NCBI GenBank assembly: GCA_964455545.1
Contig: CAYVWQ010000010.1
Span: forward strand, 23,749 to 87,748
Length of the DNA: 64,000 bases
Source: an uncultured Thermoleophilaceae bacterium
GTDB taxonomy: Bacteria > Actinomycetota > Thermoleophilia > Solirubrobacterales > JACPNS01
Direction: 5' to 3'
Below are positions 1-9,989 of this stretch, piece after piece. A program made the translations under genes and the position numbers. Position 1 is the first letter of the stretch. Every line of letters starts with the position of its first letter. Below the pieces are notes generated by a model. The model had not been told where the DNA came from, made no database searches, and saw only the letters and a list, made by a program, of their open reading frames with translations.

Positions 1-214
1 GTTCGGCGAACACCTCAAGCACGGTGTCGATCTCGATCAGCCCGAGCACAGAGGAGCCGACGATCGTGCCGGCGAGGATCTCGCCGATCACGACGGGCTG
101 ATGCAAACGCCGGCAGACCTCCTCGCCGACCTTTGCGGCCAGCAGAAGAATGAACAGATGGAGCAGCGCGTCCGATACCTCACTGGTTCCGGCGGCGAAC
201 GGGAGAATGTTCAT
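1..214 (-). CDS. cation:proton antiporter (CPA2/Kef-NapA type), N-terminal fragment cut by window edge
   Basis: Manual minus-strand translation from ATG at 214 gives MNILPFAAGTSEVSDALLHLFILLLAAKVGEEVCRRLHQPVVIGEILAGTIVGSSVLGLIE, typical first TM helices of Na+/H+ exchanger family. ATGA overlap with gatD stop. Confidence 0.55.
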   Translation of the reverse strand, partial: MNILPFAAGTSEVSDALLHLFILLLAAKVGEEVCRRLHQPVVIGEILAGTIVGSSVLGLIEIDTVLEVFAE

Positions 215-939
215 ACGCGAACCCCCGCTGCCCTGACCGCAGAAGCGTGTGCGAGGTCCTCGAGTCCGTCATCGAGGGGCTCGAGCTCGATTCCGCCGAG
301 CGCGAGCGAGGTCAGGTGGTCAGCAAACCAGGCATTCTTCGGCAGCAACGGTCCATGCAGATATGTGCCGAAGATGTTGTTGCGTCGCACGCCCTCGAAT
401 CCGTCCTTCCCGTTGTTGCCGAAGCCCTTCACCACCTTGCCAAGTGGTTCGGCGGACCCGCCGAGGTAGGTGCGCCCGCCGTGGTTCTCGAACCCTGCCA
501 GCTCGCGGCGTTCGCCTTCGACGTCGAACTCGATCATCACGTTGCCGATCAGCCGCTCGCCGGGTTCGCGGACCGTTCGCAGGTCGACGATTCCCAGACC
601 TTCGACCTTGCGGTCACCGAGCTCGTAGTACTCGCCGAGCAGCTGGTAGCCGCCACAGACGGCCAGCACCACTTTGCCGTCGTCGGCCGCCGCCGCGAGT
701 GAATCGCGTTTGGTTTCGAGCATGTCTCCGGCAATCTGTACCTGGTCGTTGTCCTGGCCGCCGCCGATGTAGAAAAGGTCGTGCGCACCCGGATCGACGG
801 AGTCACCGGCTTCGGCGGCGGTCAGTTCGAAGCCGATTCCGCGCGCCTCCGCGCGTCGCGCGAGCAGCAGCAGGTTGCCGCGGTCGGCGTAGATGTTCAT
901 CCGCGAGGGGTACAGGGCGCAGACCCGCAACGTGCTCAT
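211..939 (-). CDS. gatD: lipid II isoglutaminyl synthase, glutaminase subunit (CobQ/GatD-type amidotransferase)
   Basis: 242 aa. Has VCGGYQLLG nucleophile-Cys motif and a YLHGP His region. ATGA-coupled to murT upstream. Confidence 0.85.
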   Translation of the reverse strand: MSTLRVCALYPSRMNIYADRGNLLLLARRAEARGIGFELTAAEAGDSVDPGAHDLFYIGGGQDNDQVQIAGDMLETKRDSLAAAADDGKVVLAVCGGYQLLGEYYELGDRKVEGLGIVDLRTVREPGERLIGNVMIEFDVEGERRELAGFENHGGRTYLGGSAEPLGKVVKGFGNNGKDGFEGVRRNNIFGTYLHGPLLPKNAWFADHLTSLALGGIELEPLDDGLEDLAHASAVRAAGVRV

Positions 940-2327
940 GCGCCGCCCCAGTAGTCGGCTGCGTCACCGCGCCGGGCGATCGCGGTGCGCAGTTCGAGCA
1001 GCGCGGTGTAGGTCGGCAGAGCGAAGATCGGCGTGGCCGCCGCGATCGAGCCGGACACGGCAGAGTCGAAGGACTGCTCGATCGCGTTGTCGATCGCGAT
1101 CCGCGAGCGGTCGACTCCGGCATACGCAAGGCGCAGGGCCATTTCCTCGGCGCGGGTACCGGAGCACACCACGCGGCGCACCTTCCCGGCGAGCATCTCG
1201 AAATCGGCGTCCCAGACCCACGAAACATCGCGGCCGTCGGCGATCTTGTCATTCAGCGCGATCCAGAGGTCGAATGGGGGGTGCTCGGCGGTGATCGTGC
1301 GAAGGACCTCATTCGCGCCGGTCGGGTTTTTGATCAGCATGATCGCCACGTTCTGCCCGTTGATGTCGATCGTCTCGACGCGGCCGAAAACAGCGCGCGC
1401 AGAGGCGAGCCCGCCAGATATCGCGCTGGGCTCGAGATCGAGCGCCCAGGCCGCCGCCGTCGCGGCCACGGCGTTGTAGACGTTGTACAGACCTGGGATC
1501 GGCAGCTCGACGTGGAACGAACCGTCTGGAGTGGCGATCTCGATCGAGCTGCCTTCCATCCCGTGTGACTCGATCGACGAGGCGGCGATCTGTGGCTGGG
1601 GACGCTCGAAGTCGCCGTTGGGGCAGCGGTAGATGCCGAGATGCCCGAGTTGCACGGCCTCGTACTCCAGAGGCGCGCCGCATTTGCGGCAGAATTTCGA
1701 GTCGGCAGCGTGTCGCGGTGCGTCCTCGGACTGGGAGCGGTCGTCCAGTCCGAAGTAGACGACGTTTTCGCGGCCTTCGCCGATACCGGCGAGGAGTGGA
1801 TCGTCGGCATTCAGAACAACGCGCGTGTCGCCCGGGAGCGCGTTCACCATCTCCTTCCAGCGATCGGCGAGCGTCTCGAGCTCGCCGTAGCGGTCCAGCT
1901 GGTCGCGAAAGAGATTTCCGAGCAACACAACTTTGGGCCGGGTCTGGTCGACGATGTCGGTGGTCCACGCCTCGTCGACCTCGAATAGGCCGAGCTCGCC
2001 GGCAAGCTTGTCACGATGAGCCGCATCGAGCAGGGCCGTGGCGACTCCGCCGGCCATGTTCGCCCCGGCACGGTTGTGCACCGTCGAGATCCCCGAGCGA
2101 CGTAGAACGCCGGCCAGCAGCGAAGCGGTCGTGGTCTTGCCGTTGGTCGCCGAGATCACGACGGCGCCGCGCTCGAGTCGCTGGGACAGCCGTTCGATCG
2201 CGTCGGGCTGCAGTCGCAGCAGGACTTTGCCGGGGAGCGATGTGCCGCCGCCGCGCCCGGAAATCCGGCTCGCGGCACCGACGGATTTCGCGAGACCGAG
2301 CTTGAATGGCGAGACCGAGGCTTCCAT
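936..2327 (-). CDS. murT: lipid II isoglutaminyl synthase, Mur-ligase-like subunit MurT
   Basis: 463 aa. Has ATNGKTTT P-loop, a CRKCGAPL...CPNG zinc ribbon, and a C-terminal DUF1727-like region. Paired with gatD. Confidence 0.9.
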   Translation of the reverse strand: MEASVSPFKLGLAKSVGAASRISGRGGGTSLPGKVLLRLQPDAIERLSQRLERGAVVISATNGKTTTASLLAGVLRRSGISTVHNRAGANMAGGVATALLDAAHRDKLAGELGLFEVDEAWTTDIVDQTRPKVVLLGNLFRDQLDRYGELETLADRWKEMVNALPGDTRVVLNADDPLLAGIGEGRENVVYFGLDDRSQSEDAPRHAADSKFCRKCGAPLEYEAVQLGHLGIYRCPNGDFERPQPQIAASSIESHGMEGSSIEIATPDGSFHVELPIPGLYNVYNAVAATAAAWALDLEPSAISGGLASARAVFGRVETIDINGQNVAIMLIKNPTGANEVLRTITAEHPPFDLWIALNDKIADGRDVSWVWDADFEMLAGKVRRVVCSGTRAEEMALRLAYAGVDRSRIAIDNAIEQSFDSAVSGSIAAATPIFALPTYTALLELRTAIARRGDAADYWGGA

Positions 2328-2366
2328 CGAAGCCGTGATTATCGCGGGTGGAGTGACGGCAGTTGC

Positions 2367-3182
2367 CTATGCCAACGCAGTTGCGGACTCGCGCGCGAAG
2401 TTGGCCGCCCAGTCGCCGCGAGCTTCGCCGCGCAGCGCTGGATCAGGCTCAAGGCGCTCGATACGCGCGATCGCCGTCAGTTCGTCGCCGAGCAACCGTT
2501 CCGAGATCACCTCTTCAGGGCTTTCTGGATCGAGCGTGAGCAGCACGTCCTGCTGCACCGCGTGCCACACCTCGTCCGTCAGCGGCTCGCTGGCGACCAT
2601 CGCCACGCCGCGGCGGGTCGTCCACCAGAGCTCGAAGATCCCGAGTCGGTAGGCGTACAGCTTGAGGCCGTCACTGAACACAAAGTTGAGACCGGAGAAG
2701 GTGTGTCCGGCGACCAGCGCCGCGACCGTGCTGCGCATCGATCTGACGGGATCGGCCGGGTCGAAATCCGCCATCAGCCGCATGAAGAAGCACTCCGAGT
2801 CGGTTTCGCCGGCCGGCTCGCCCATCCCGGCGCGCAGCAGACGACGGCAGCCGAGGATCGTCCCGTTGTGGGCGAAGCTGTACGGGCCGTACTCAAACGG
2901 GTGGGTGTTCTCGTCCTTCAGGCCGCCCAGCGTGGCGCGGCGGACATGGACGTTGAACAGCCGGCCGCGGAGGTTCGTCGCAGTGTCGAAACGGGCGTCG
3001 TTGTGTGCAGCGACGGCGAAGCGCTCCGTCGCGGGGGCCGGTTGAAGCAACTCACGGTAGGCCGCCATACCCCATCCGGAGTCGTGACTCTCGGAGAGTC
3101 GGATCATCGGGTTGGTCGAGTCGACCAACTCATGCCGGACTGAAATCGGGTCCGACGAAACTGCTCCGAACACACGGCACAT
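2367..3182 (-). CDS. class II (Ntn) glutamine amidotransferase, YafJ/EgtC-like
   Basis: The ORF track gives 417 aa. I trimmed to MCRVFGAVSS (Met-Cys N-terminus typical of Ntn amidotransferases; cat at 3180-3182). The upstream 146 codons are low-complexity read-through. Confidence 0.7.
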   Translation of the reverse strand: MCRVFGAVSSDPISVRHELVDSTNPMIRLSESHDSGWGMAAYRELLQPAPATERFAVAAHNDARFDTATNLRGRLFNVHVRRATLGGLKDENTHPFEYGPYSFAHNGTILGCRRLLRAGMGEPAGETDSECFFMRLMADFDPADPVRSMRSTVAALVAGHTFSGLNFVFSDGLKLYAYRLGIFELWWTTRRGVAMVASEPLTDEVWHAVQQDVLLTLDPESPEEVISERLLGDELTAIARIERLEPDPALRGEARGDWAANFARESATALA

Positions 3183-3305
3183 CTCGGAAATCAAGATACA
3201 CCTTCGTCGCGGCGGTGCACTCCGACCCGATCGGTCCATTCCTCGCGTACACTGCGCTTCAACGGTGCTGGGGGGCGCCGGCAAATCTCGTTGGAGGATC
3301 AATCG

Positions 3306-4841
3306 ATGTCCCAGACCCCTGCAGTTTCCGACTACGACAGCGTCGACGTACTCGTCATCGGCTGCGGCGTTTCCGGCGTCAGCACCGGCGTGCACCTGAA
3401 GACCGATTCCCCGGGAACGACGTTCGTGATCCTGGAGGCGCGCGACAGCATCGGTGGAACCTGGGATTTCTTCAAGTATCCGGGCGTGCGCTCCGACTCT
3501 GACATGTTCACTTTCGGCTTTCGCTTCAAGCCGTGGCTCGGGGAGAAATCGTTGGCCGACGCCGGTTCGATCCTCGCGTACATCAACGAGACCGTCGATG
3601 AGTTCGGCCTGCGCAAGCACATCAGGGTCGCCACGAGGGTGATCGCGGCCGACTGGAACAGCGACGAGTCACGCTGGTTCGTCACCACGAAGAACTCCCA
3701 CACCGGCGAGGAGTCGCTGATCAAAGCTCGTGTACTGCACTCTGCCGCCGGTTACTACGCCTACGACGAGCCGCACACGCCAGAGTTCCCGGGCCGGGAC
3801 AATTTCAAAGGCGAGATCGTCCACCCGCAGAAGTGGCCCGAGGACCTCGACTACGCCGGCAAGAAGATGATCGTGATCGGCAGCGGCGCGACGGCGGTCA
3901 CCCTCGTGCCAGAGCTGGCAAAGGACGCCGAGCACGTGACGATGCTCCAACGTACGCCGACCTACATCCTTCCGATGCCGGCCGTCGACCCGCTCGCGAA
4001 GCCGATCCGCAAATACCTGCCGGAGAAGCTCGCTTACCGACTGATTCGCTGGAAGAACATCGGGCAGTTCATGGGCACGTTCTGGTTCAGCCGCAGATTC
4101 CCGAATCAGGCGAAGAAGTTGATCCGCTATTTCGCGGTGAAGTCCCTGCCCGAAGGGTTCGACGTCGACAAACACTTCAAGCCGCCGTACAACCCGTGGG
4201 AGCAGCGCCTTTGCGTCGTCCCGGACGGCGACTTCTTCAAGTCGATCAAGGAAGGATCCGTCGACGTGGTCACCGACCACATCAAGCAGTTCGACGAGAC
4301 CGGAATTCAGCTCGTCTCGGGCGAGCACATCGACGCCGACATCATCGTGACCGCCACGGGCTTCGACATCGAACTGTTCGGCGGAGCGAAGATCACCGTC
4401 GACGGCGAGGAGAAGCCCTACGGGGATCTCTACTCATACAAGGGACTCTCGGTCAGCGAGGTCCCGAACTTCACGTTCACGATCGGCTACACCAACGCTT
4501 CCTGGACGCTCAAGGCCGACCTCGTCTCCGAGTACCTCGCGCGCCTGGTCAATCACATGAAGGCCGGTGGCTACGACGAGTTCGTCGCAGTCCCGCCGGC
4601 CACATTCAAGGAGACCTCACCGTTCATCGACCTCTCGGCGGGCTACGTCCAGCGAGCGATCGACGACGCGCCGCGTCAGGGCGACGCCGTCCCGTGGCGG
4701 GTCTACCAGAGCTATCCCCGCGACGCGCGGATGTTTCGCCACGGCAAAATCGATGACGGCGCGATGACGTTCATCAAGCGGGCGCCGCGCGGGGAGGAAG
4801 CTCAGGTCGTTTCGGTCGCCGGTTCGCCTTCGGGTGCGTGA
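3306..4841 (+). CDS. flavin-containing / Baeyer-Villiger-type monooxygenase (EthA-like)
   Basis: Dinucleotide motifs VIGCGVSG and VIGSGATA. Fingerprint FKGEIVHPQKWPED matches FxGxxxHxxxWP. GGAGGA RBS lies 8 nt before ATG 3306, so the track start 3291 sits inside the RBS. Confidence 0.85.
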   Translation: MSQTPAVSDYDSVDVLVIGCGVSGVSTGVHLKTDSPGTTFVILEARDSIGGTWDFFKYPGVRSDSDMFTFGFRFKPWLGEKSLADAGSILAYINETVDEFGLRKHIRVATRVIAADWNSDESRWFVTTKNSHTGEESLIKARVLHSAAGYYAYDEPHTPEFPGRDNFKGEIVHPQKWPEDLDYAGKKMIVIGSGATAVTLVPELAKDAEHVTMLQRTPTYILPMPAVDPLAKPIRKYLPEKLAYRLIRWKNIGQFMGTFWFSRRFPNQAKKLIRYFAVKSLPEGFDVDKHFKPPYNPWEQRLCVVPDGDFFKSIKEGSVDVVTDHIKQFDETGIQLVSGEHIDADIIVTATGFDIELFGGAKITVDGEEKPYGDLYSYKGLSVSEVPNFTFTIGYTNASWTLKADLVSEYLARLVNHMKAGGYDEFVAVPPATFKETSPFIDLSAGYVQRAIDDAPRQGDAVPWRVYQSYPRDARMFRHGKIDDGAMTFIKRAPRGEEAQVVSVAGSPSGA

Positions 4842-6295
4842 GCGCCGTGCATCTCGGGGGCGTTCTCGCCCTTCACCACGAAGATCACCGCCAGGCAGCC
4901 GAGCACCAGGCACCCGGCGCCGATGATGTAGGCGAGCTGGAACCCCTCGACCAGGGCGTTGACCTGCGAAACGCCGTCGGCGAGAAGGTTCTCGGTCCGG
5001 GTCGCTGACAGCGTCGCGAGTACGGCCAGCCCCAGCGCTCCGCCGACTTGCGCGGAAGTGTTGATCATGCCCGAGGCAAGACCGGCGTCTTCGGCGGTGG
5101 ATGCCGACATCGCGAGCGTCATCAGCGAGGGGAAGGATGGGCCGATTCCGAGACCGAGGATCACCATGGCGGGGAAGATGTCGGTCCAGTAGTTGCCGTC
5201 GACGGGTGCCCGCGAGAAGTAGAGCAGTCCGAGGGCAATCGTCGCGGTCGAGGGGATGAGGATGCGCTTCGGGCCGAAACGCATGATCAGCGGCTCGGAG
5301 AATTTCAGCGAGATCGTGCCCATGATAAGCGTCGCCGGCAGGTAGGCGAGGCCGATCTCGAGCGGGTTGTAGCCGAGCACCTGCTCGAGATACAGCGCGC
5401 CGAGGAAGAACATGCCGAACATCCCAGCGACCATCAGGGCCTGAACGATGTTCGCACCGGACACGTCGCGCGAGCGGAAAATCCCGAGTGGAATCAGCGG
5501 CGTCTTCGCCGTCTGTTCTCTGACAATGAAGCCGATGAAAAGCGCGATCGCCACGGCGCCGAAGGCGAGGGTCTGCGTCGCGCCCCAGCCGTGATCGGCA
5601 GCCGGCTTCACGATCGTGTAGACGCCGAGCATCAATGCGCCGGTGATCAGGAACGCACCGGGCGCGTCCATCCCCTTGTCGATGCCGATGCCTGGGTCGC
5701 GCACGAGCAGGCGCTGCGCCATCAGACCGACGAAGAGGCCGATCGGGATGTTGATCATGAAGATCCAGTGCCAGCTGATCGATTCGGTGATCAGGCCGCC
5801 GAGGATCAGTCCGATTGACCCGCCGGCCGAAGCGACGAAGCCGAAGACCCCGATCGCCTTGGCCTGGTCGCCGGGGTCATTGAACATCAGAAAGATCATT
5901 CCGAGGATCACGGCCGAGGACAGCGCTCCTCCGACGCCCTGCAAAAGGCGGGCGGCGACGATCATTTCCTGGCTCTGGGCGAGGCCGCAGGCCAAGGACG
6001 CGACCGTGAAGACCACGAGCCCGGTCTGAAACACGAGCTTGCGGCCGAGCAGGTCGCCGAGTCGACCGGAGAGCAGCAGGAGGCCGCCGAACGTGATCAT
6101 GTAGGCGTTGACGACCCACGCCAAGCTCTGTTGCGTGAATCCGAGGTCCTCCTTGATCGACGGGAGAGCGACGTTCACGACTGTGGCGTCGAGCACGATC
6201 ATCAGCATCCCGGCGCAGAGCACGTAGAGCGCCACCCAAGGATTGCCGTTCACCTGCTCCGCCGGAGCTGAGTTCTGAGGAGCCGAATGATCCAT
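4802..6295 (-). CDS. MFS drug:H+ antiporter, DHA2 (EmrB/QacA, 14-TMS) family
   Basis: 497 aa, multiple TM helices. N-terminal LDATVVNVALPSI and GRLGDLLGRK motifs typical of DHA2. Confidence 0.85.
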   Translation of the reverse strand: MDHSAPQNSAPAEQVNGNPWVALYVLCAGMLMIVLDATVVNVALPSIKEDLGFTQQSLAWVVNAYMITFGGLLLLSGRLGDLLGRKLVFQTGLVVFTVASLACGLAQSQEMIVAARLLQGVGGALSSAVILGMIFLMFNDPGDQAKAIGVFGFVASAGGSIGLILGGLITESISWHWIFMINIPIGLFVGLMAQRLLVRDPGIGIDKGMDAPGAFLITGALMLGVYTIVKPAADHGWGATQTLAFGAVAIALFIGFIVREQTAKTPLIPLGIFRSRDVSGANIVQALMVAGMFGMFFLGALYLEQVLGYNPLEIGLAYLPATLIMGTISLKFSEPLIMRFGPKRILIPSTATIALGLLYFSRAPVDGNYWTDIFPAMVILGLGIGPSFPSLMTLAMSASTAEDAGLASGMINTSAQVGGALGLAVLATLSATRTENLLADGVSQVNALVEGFQLAYIIGAGCLVLGCLAVIFVVKGENAPEMHGAHAPEGEPATETT

Positions 6296-6314
6296 CGCAG
6301 GAACGTATCACACG

Positions 6315-6331
6315 ACTACGAAATAAGTAGT
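6315..6331. promoter_or_regulatory. inverted repeat ACTAC-N7-GTAGT in A/T-rich divergent MFS/HxlR intergenic region (candidate operator)
   Basis: Read directly: actacgaaataagtagt. Its position between divergent genes suggests an HxlR operator. No experimental or consensus support. Confidence 0.25.
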
Positions 6332-6371
6332 TACCGCTATGAAAAACTTACAAACGGGTTAGAGTAAGGGC

Positions 6372-7034
6372 ATGTCCAAGAGTTATCCGGACTCGTGCGC
6401 AGGCGCGCACGCGCTCGACATCGTGGGCGACAGATGGGCGTTGCTCGTCGTCAGAGAGCTGATGCTCGGTCCGCGACGCTACACAGATCTGAGCGAGTCG
6501 CTCGTCGGGATCAGTCCGAACGTGCTGAGCCAGAGACTGTCTGACCTGGCCGAAAACGGCGTGATCGTCAGGCGGACGCTACCGGCCCCTTACGGCGCGA
6601 CGGTCTATCAGCTGACCGAGTGGGGGAAGGGTCTCGAGCCGGTGCTCTGCGAGCTGGGTCGCTGGGGCGCGCGATCGCCTGGGCTACCCCGTGACAATCC
6701 ACTGAGTGTCAGTTCGATCGTTCTTTCGTACCGGACGATGTTTGACGCCGCGGCTGCGAAAGGCGTCAGCGTGGAGCTGGAGCTCCAGATTCCGGAGCGG
6801 CCGTTCCGCGTGAGCATCGAGGACGGAGTTCTCTCGATAGAGCCGGGCGAACACCCCGATCCGGAAGCCGTGATCAGTGGCGAGAGCGAGATCCTTGCTG
6901 CGGCGACGTACGACGGCGCCGAACTGCCCGATCTGATCGCGGCTGGTGATATCCGTATCGATGGCGACCGCAGCGCCGCGGAAAGGTTCTTCGCGTGTTT
7001 CTCGCTGCCGGCGCCGGCGACCATCGGAGGTTGA
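6372..7034 (+). CDS. HxlR-family winged-helix regulator with C-terminal SCP2-like domain
   Basis: N-terminus CAGAHALDIVGDRWALLVVRELMLGPRRYTDL is the HxlR signature. About 110 aa of C-terminal extension. Confidence 0.8.
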   Translation: MSKSYPDSCAGAHALDIVGDRWALLVVRELMLGPRRYTDLSESLVGISPNVLSQRLSDLAENGVIVRRTLPAPYGATVYQLTEWGKGLEPVLCELGRWGARSPGLPRDNPLSVSSIVLSYRTMFDAAAAKGVSVELELQIPERPFRVSIEDGVLSIEPGEHPDPEAVISGESEILAAATYDGAELPDLIAAGDIRIDGDRSAAERFFACFSLPAPATIGG

Positions 7035-7035
7035 A

Positions 7036-8028
7036 ATGACTTTGGCAAAGCGCAAGCTTGGCGCCTCTCTCGAGGTTTCCGAAATCGGACTCGGCTGCAT
7101 GGGCATGTCCGCGTTCTACGGGTCGACGGACGAGGCCGAGTCGCTCGCGACGATCGACCGAGCACTTGAGCTCGGCGTCGATTTCTTCGACACCGCCGAA
7201 ATGTACGGGCCACATGCCAATGAGGAACTCCTCGGGCGGGCGTTTGCCGGTCGCCGCGACGAGGTGAAGATCGCGACGAAGTTCGGCATCGTGACCGGAC
7301 GGCCCGGCGGAACGGCCGCCACGAACGGAGTCGACGGGAGCGCAGAAAACGTCAGACGTTCGATTGAAGGCTCGCTCAGCCGCCTGGGCACCGATCACGT
7401 CGATCTCTACTACCAGCACAGACCCGATCCCAATACCCCGATCGAGGAGACCGTAGGCGCGCTCGCGGAACTGGTCCAGGAGGGCAAGGTTCTCAACATC
7501 GGCCTGAGCGAGGCATCGCCTGAGCGGATCCGCACGGCCCACGCAGTCCATCCGATCGCCGCTGTGCAGACGGAATTCTCGCTCTGGTCGCGCGAGCCAC
7601 AGGCCGAGCTGCTGCCGCTGCTGCGCGAGCTCGGGATCGGGTTCGTCCCGTATTCGCCGCTTGGGCGCGGATTCTTGGCCGGCCGGTTCGATTCCCGCGA
7701 CGACATCGAGCAAGGGGACTTCCGCGCGCACAACCCACGCTTCTCCGAGGAGAACTTCGAAAAAAACCGCGCTCTCCTGAACGTGATCGAGTCGATCGCG
7801 GCAGAAAAGGGCGCGACGCCGGCGCAGCTTTCACTTGCGTGGGTCCTCGCCCAGGGCGACGACGTCGTCCCGATCCCGGGGACGAAGCGGCGCAGCTACC
7901 TGGAGCAGAATGTCGCGGCGGCGGACCTCGCGCTCAGCGAGGAGGAGCTCTCAGAGATCGAAACGTCGCTGCCGGATGTGTCAGACACCCGGTATGACGC
8001 CGCCGGCCTTGCGCGCCTGAATCTGTGA
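7036..8028 (+). CDS. aldo/keto reductase
   Basis: Trimmed to MTLAKRKLGASLEVSEIGLGCMGMS (ATG 7036, GGAGG RBS at 7026-7030). Has DTAEMYG, YYQHRPD and PIPGTKR motifs. Confidence 0.9.
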   Translation: MTLAKRKLGASLEVSEIGLGCMGMSAFYGSTDEAESLATIDRALELGVDFFDTAEMYGPHANEELLGRAFAGRRDEVKIATKFGIVTGRPGGTAATNGVDGSAENVRRSIEGSLSRLGTDHVDLYYQHRPDPNTPIEETVGALAELVQEGKVLNIGLSEASPERIRTAHAVHPIAAVQTEFSLWSREPQAELLPLLRELGIGFVPYSPLGRGFLAGRFDSRDDIEQGDFRAHNPRFSEENFEKNRALLNVIESIAAEKGATPAQLSLAWVLAQGDDVVPIPGTKRRSYLEQNVAAADLALSEEELSEIETSLPDVSDTRYDAAGLARLNL

Positions 8029-9669
8029 TTCCGACCCAAGGCGCGGGATGACGCCAAGCGCGTCGCGGGCAGTCGCCACGACCTCAGCGCCCTGCCCGTG
8101 CGCGTCGAGCGCGCCGACGTTCTCAAGTAGCTGCCGGTGGTCCGGACGCAGGCAGGACAGAATCACGCGTATACCGCGGTGCTCGAGCCGCGCGATCAAG
8201 TCTCCGAGCGCCTGTGCGCCGGTCGCGTCCAGAACCTGCAGACCGCGACAGCGCAGGAGCACCACGTCGACATCCGTCACCTGCGCGAGTTCGAGCAGAA
8301 ATCGCTGTGCGGCGGCGAAAAACAGTGAACCGTCAAGCCTGTAGGCGACGATGTGGTGCTGGAGGAGTTCGTGTTCGAGGTCGGGGTCGATCTCGACGTC
8401 GTCGAGGTCATCGCGATCGTAGGTCGAGGCGTTCGCGAAGTTCCGGAGTGCGAGCACACCGGCCAGGACCACACCTACCTCGACGGCCACAATCAGGTCG
8501 AAGGCCACCGTCGCGAGCGCGGTCGCGACCATCACCACCGCGTCGCCGCGTGTCGAGCGCGCGAGGCGCGTGACTTTGCCGAACTCGACCATGTGCACGG
8601 CCGTGACCATCAACACCGCGGAAAGCGCGGCGAGCGGAATGGCCGAGATAACCGGGGCCAGCGCGACAACGAACACGAGCAGCGTCAATGCGTGGATGAT
8701 GGTTGCCATCCGCGTGCGCGCCCCGGCGCGGACATTGACCGCGGTTCTGGCGATCGCGCCGGTAGCCGGCATTCCGCCGAAGAGTGCGGAAGCCACGCTC
8801 GCCACGCCCTGTCCCGCGAGCTCGCGATCGGGATCGTGCCGATGTTCGGTGTCGGCCATTCCGTCGGCCACTTCGGCTGAAAGCAGGCTCTCTATCGCTG
8901 CGAGGGTGGCGACGGCGAAGATCGCCGATGCGAGGGGCGCGAGGTCGGAGAAGTTGACGTGTGGCAGAGCTGGAGCGGCGAGCGTGTCGGCGATCGAACC
9001 GATCTGCGCGACGTTCAGCCCAAGCACGCTGGTGCCGAAGGTGGCGGCAGCAACGGCGACGAGCGCAGCGGGGAGAGTGCGGTGGAGCCGGGGCAGGACA
9101 AGCATCACCGCTGCCGTGAAGGCGCAGACGGCGACTGCCTGCCAGTTCCCAGCGGCGACGTTCAGCATGGCGTCGACGGCGCGCAAAGCCGTGTTGTCGA
9201 TGTCGGCAGGCGTCACCCCGAGTGCGGCAGGAACCTGCTGTAAGAAGATGATCGCGCCGATTCCGACGGTGAAGCCCTCGATTACCGGCCACGGGAGATA
9301 GGCCACGAAGCGTCCCATCTTCAGCGCCGCCGCGACGACGAGCAGCAGTCCGGCGGCGAGTGTCACGACCAGGACCGTCGAGGCGTCGTAGCGCGCCACG
9401 ATCGGCGCCAGGACGACAGTCATCGCACCGGTCGGACCGGAAACCTGGAAGTTCGAACCGCCGAAGACCCCAGCGACGATCCCTGCAACGACGGCTGTGA
9501 CAAGACCTGCACCGGCGCCGAGTCCGGAGGCGATTCCGAAGCCGAGGGCGAGGGGGAGGGCTACGACCGCGACGCTTATGCCGGCAAGCAGGTCGAAGCG
9601 CCAGTCCCGTGTCACTCCGCGGTAGTCCGAGCGGCGGGGCAGAAGGTCACGTAGCCGCGCGAAGATCAA
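7981..9669 (-). CDS. SulP-family anion transporter with C-terminal STAS domain
   Basis: 562 aa polytopic membrane protein. C-terminal STAS-like VVLLRCRGLQVLDATGAQALGDLI. Overlaps the arsR stop. Confidence 0.9.
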   Translation of the reverse strand: MIFARLRDLLPRRSDYRGVTRDWRFDLLAGISVAVVALPLALGFGIASGLGAGAGLVTAVVAGIVAGVFGGSNFQVSGPTGAMTVVLAPIVARYDASTVLVVTLAAGLLLVVAAALKMGRFVAYLPWPVIEGFTVGIGAIIFLQQVPAALGVTPADIDNTALRAVDAMLNVAAGNWQAVAVCAFTAAVMLVLPRLHRTLPAALVAVAAATFGTSVLGLNVAQIGSIADTLAAPALPHVNFSDLAPLASAIFAVATLAAIESLLSAEVADGMADTEHRHDPDRELAGQGVASVASALFGGMPATGAIARTAVNVRAGARTRMATIIHALTLLVFVVALAPVISAIPLAALSAVLMVTAVHMVEFGKVTRLARSTRGDAVVMVATALATVAFDLIVAVEVGVVLAGVLALRNFANASTYDRDDLDDVEIDPDLEHELLQHHIVAYRLDGSLFFAAAQRFLLELAQVTDVDVVLLRCRGLQVLDATGAQALGDLIARLEHRGIRVILSCLRPDHRQLLENVGALDAHGQGAEVVATARDALGVIPRLGSESQIQARKAGGVIPGV

Positions 9670-9986
9670 CGCGCCAGCAACCCGGACTGGGAAGCAGTGT
9701 GCATCTCGAGCAGCATCTCGCGTGCCAGCGCGAGCAATTCGGTGATGCGCGGTTCAGCGAGCCGGTAATAAACGTGAGAGCCGACGCGTCGCGATCCGAC
9801 GAGGCCGCCGCGGCGCAGAACTCCGAGTTGTTGCGACAGGTGGGACTGTTCGACGTCGATCTCGGACAGCAGTTCGGAAACGGCGAGTTCGTCGCTCTCG
9901 GAAAGCAGCTCCAAAACGCGAATTCGGATCGGGTGGGCCATCGAACGAAAAAACTCAGCCTTCAGCTGCGGGATATCTCTATACAT
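9666..9986 (-). CDS. ArsR/SmtB-family transcriptional regulator
   Basis: 106 aa. FFRSMAHPIRIRVLELL ... HLSQQLGVLRRGGLV HTH pattern. Confidence 0.85.
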   Translation of the reverse strand: MYRDIPQLKAEFFRSMAHPIRIRVLELLSESDELAVSELLSEIDVEQSHLSQQLGVLRRGGLVGSRRVGSHVYYRLAEPRITELLALAREMLLEMHTASQSGLLAR

Positions 9987-9989
9987 GGG

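Noticed and set aside
2367-3620. N-terminal extensions in the ORF track: amidotransferase to 3620, AKR from 6946, DUF2855 to 12633, pgsA to 36685, proS to 38435, nucleotidyltransferase to 53988, murA to 62578, hisZ to 61062.
   Set aside because: The family-typical N-termini start at internal ATG/GTG codons with Shine-Dalgarno sequences. The upstream parts are low-complexity, overlap neighbouring genes or run through promoter regions.
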